A DNA stretch of 45,318 nucleotides, from contig CALAYY010000042.1 in NCBI GenBank assembly GCA_937895465.1, positions 1 to 45,318 on the forward strand. Reading direction: 5' to 3'. Below the pieces are notes generated by a model. The model was given only the letters and a program-made list of their open reading frames with translations. It was not told where the DNA came from and did not search any database. Every line of letters begins with the position of its first letter. Position 1 is the first letter of the stretch. The stretch comes from an uncultured Clostridia bacterium. GTDB taxonomy: Bacteria; Bacillota; Clostridia; Christensenellales; DUVY01. Below are positions 44,206 through 45,318 of the stretch, one piece after another. Both the position numbers and the translations under genes were made by a program.

Positions 44206-45318
44206 TTAATCTTCTTCTGCCGTTCTCTTATGAGGAGATGCCGCGATTATAGCAGGCACAAGGTTGGCAGGCACTTCTTCATATCGTTCAAATTTACATA
44301 CAAAACTGCCTCGTCCTTGAGTCATGCTTCTTAAGTCGGTTGCATACTTAAACATCTCAGTCAAAGGCGCTTCTGCTGAAATAATTTGCCTTCCGTCTGA
44401 CAAAGTCATGCCCAAAATCCTGCCGCGTCTTCTGTTCATATCGCCCATTATATCTCCAAGATAGCTTTCGGGTACGGTTATATGATAACTATAAATAGGC
44501 TCTAATATTGAAGGCGATGCCTCCATCATTCCTTTTTTAAATGATAAGGATGCTGCAATTTTAAATGCCATTTCTGACGAATCCACATCATGATAACTTC
44601 CGTCTTGAAGCGTACATTTTAAATTAACTACAGGGTAGCCTGCCAAAACGCCTCTATTGATACATTCTAATAAGCCTTTTTCTACAGCCGGTATATATTG
44701 CTTAGGCACACTGCCGCCGACTACAGTTTCGGTAAACAAAAAGTTGCCTTCATAATACGGCTCAAACATAATTTTGCAATGACCGTATTGACCGTGACCG
44801 CCTGATTGTTTCTTATGCTTGCCTTCGGCAACTGACATTTTTCTTATGGTTTCACGGTAAGGTACTCTTGGATCGGACAGCTTGGCTTCTACACCAAATT
44901 TGTGCTTTAGTTTTTTTGCCATGACATCTATCTGGGTTTCGCCAAGACCGCTTATTAATGTCTCAGCAGTCTCGGCATTTCTTGATACCTTGATAGTCGC
45001 ATCTTCTTCTGTAAGCTTAGTAAGTCCTCCAAAAACCTTTTCTTCCTCGCCTTGTTTTTGACTGGTTATTGCCATTGTAAATACCGCTTCAGGAAAAACA
45101 ATAGGCTCTAAGACTATTTTGCATCCATCCGTTATCGTGTCGCCTGTACGTGTAAATTGCAGCTTTGCAAACGCGCCAAAATCACCAGCACAAAGTGAAT
45201 CAACAGGCTCTTGCTTTTTGCCTTTCATTGTAAAAATTGCAGAGATCTTTTCAGCCTTGTCTATAGTAGAATTATATAAATTGGAGCTTGTTTTTAAAGT
45301 TCCTGAGACCACTCTAAA
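44206..45318 (-). CDS. Elongation factor G family protein (domains II-V); 5' part lies beyond the window end
   Basis: KQSGGHGQYGH, DVDSSEMAFK, LEPIY and NRRRGRI are EF-G domain IV/V hallmarks. The frame is open to the window edge. Confidence 0.85.
   Translation of the reverse strand, partial: FRVVSGTLKTSSNLYNSTIDKAEKISAIFTMKGKKQEPVDSLCAGDFGAFAKLQFTRTGDTITDGCKIVLEPIVFPEAVFTMAITSQKQGEEEKVFGGLTKLTEEDATIKVSRNAETAETLISGLGETQIDVMAKKLKHKFGVEAKLSDPRVPYRETIRKMSVAEGKHKKQSGGHGQYGHCKIMFEPYYEGNFLFTETVVGGSVPKQYIPAVEKGLLECINRGVLAGYPVVNLKCTLQDGSYHDVDSSEMAFKIAASLSFKKGMMEASPSILEPIYSYHITVPESYLGDIMGDMNRRRGRILGMTLSDGRQIISAEAPLTEMFKYATDLRSMTQGRGSFVCKFERYEEVPANLVPAIIAASPHKRTAEED

Noticed and set aside
1-45318. A scan for CRISPR arrays, IS elements or transposases, integrases, restriction-modification, toxin-antitoxin and known defence-system genes.
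   Set aside because: None were found. There are no regularly spaced repeats and no ORFs with nuclease, recombinase or methyltransferase motifs that I could recognise. The only notable repeats are the 46-bp and ~30-bp pairs reported above.

Overview
Low-GC, Firmicutes/Clostridia-like chromosomal window, almost fully coding, with most genes on the minus strand.

Contents in order:
1. The 5' part of a P-type cation ATPase, preceded by a yybP-ykoY (Mn2+) riboswitch, followed by an SDR oxidoreductase gene.
2. A 3.3-kb block bracketed by perfect 46-bp direct repeats. It carries a GLUG-motif lipoprotein, a histidine-kinase C-terminal remnant and two small unknown ORFs.
3. A hydC-hydB-hydA trimeric [FeFe]-hydrogenase operon. 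It runs without a terminator into an ATPase-less SBP+permease pair and an MFS transporter.
4. Housekeeping genes: phosphoglucomutase, tRNA-Val(GAC), SipW-like signal peptidase, manA, queH, an ABC-F ATPase and tRNA-Leu(CAG).
5. A ~19-kb, 18-gene minus-strand pectin/hexuronate operon with a divergent AraC regulator and a separately transcribed SGNH esterase. Its genes are eda-VOC fusion, kdgK, TIM-barrel enzyme, MsmX-like ATPase 2, MATE, uxaC, a membrane protein, an LplBCA-like importer, MsmX-like ATPase 1, GH28, GH105, kduI and kduD.
6. Two YxjI/LURP-one-like paralogs, a small membrane protein, thrB, a PfkB kinase and the 3' part of an EF-G paralog.

No CRISPR array, transposase, integrase or recognisable defence genes were seen.

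The best candidate for something undescribed is a set of four small, translationally coupled 4-TM proteins of no recognisable family. They are wrapped around the MsmX ATPase gene inside the pectin operon (24803-28078).

Secondary candidates:
- the repeat-bracketed cassette at 1951-5303;
- a Cys-to-Ser change in the HydA H-cluster L1 motif;
- the hydrogenase-transporter operon fusion;
- the Eda-VOC fusion.

All family assignments come from reading motifs in the translations by eye. No database search was possible.
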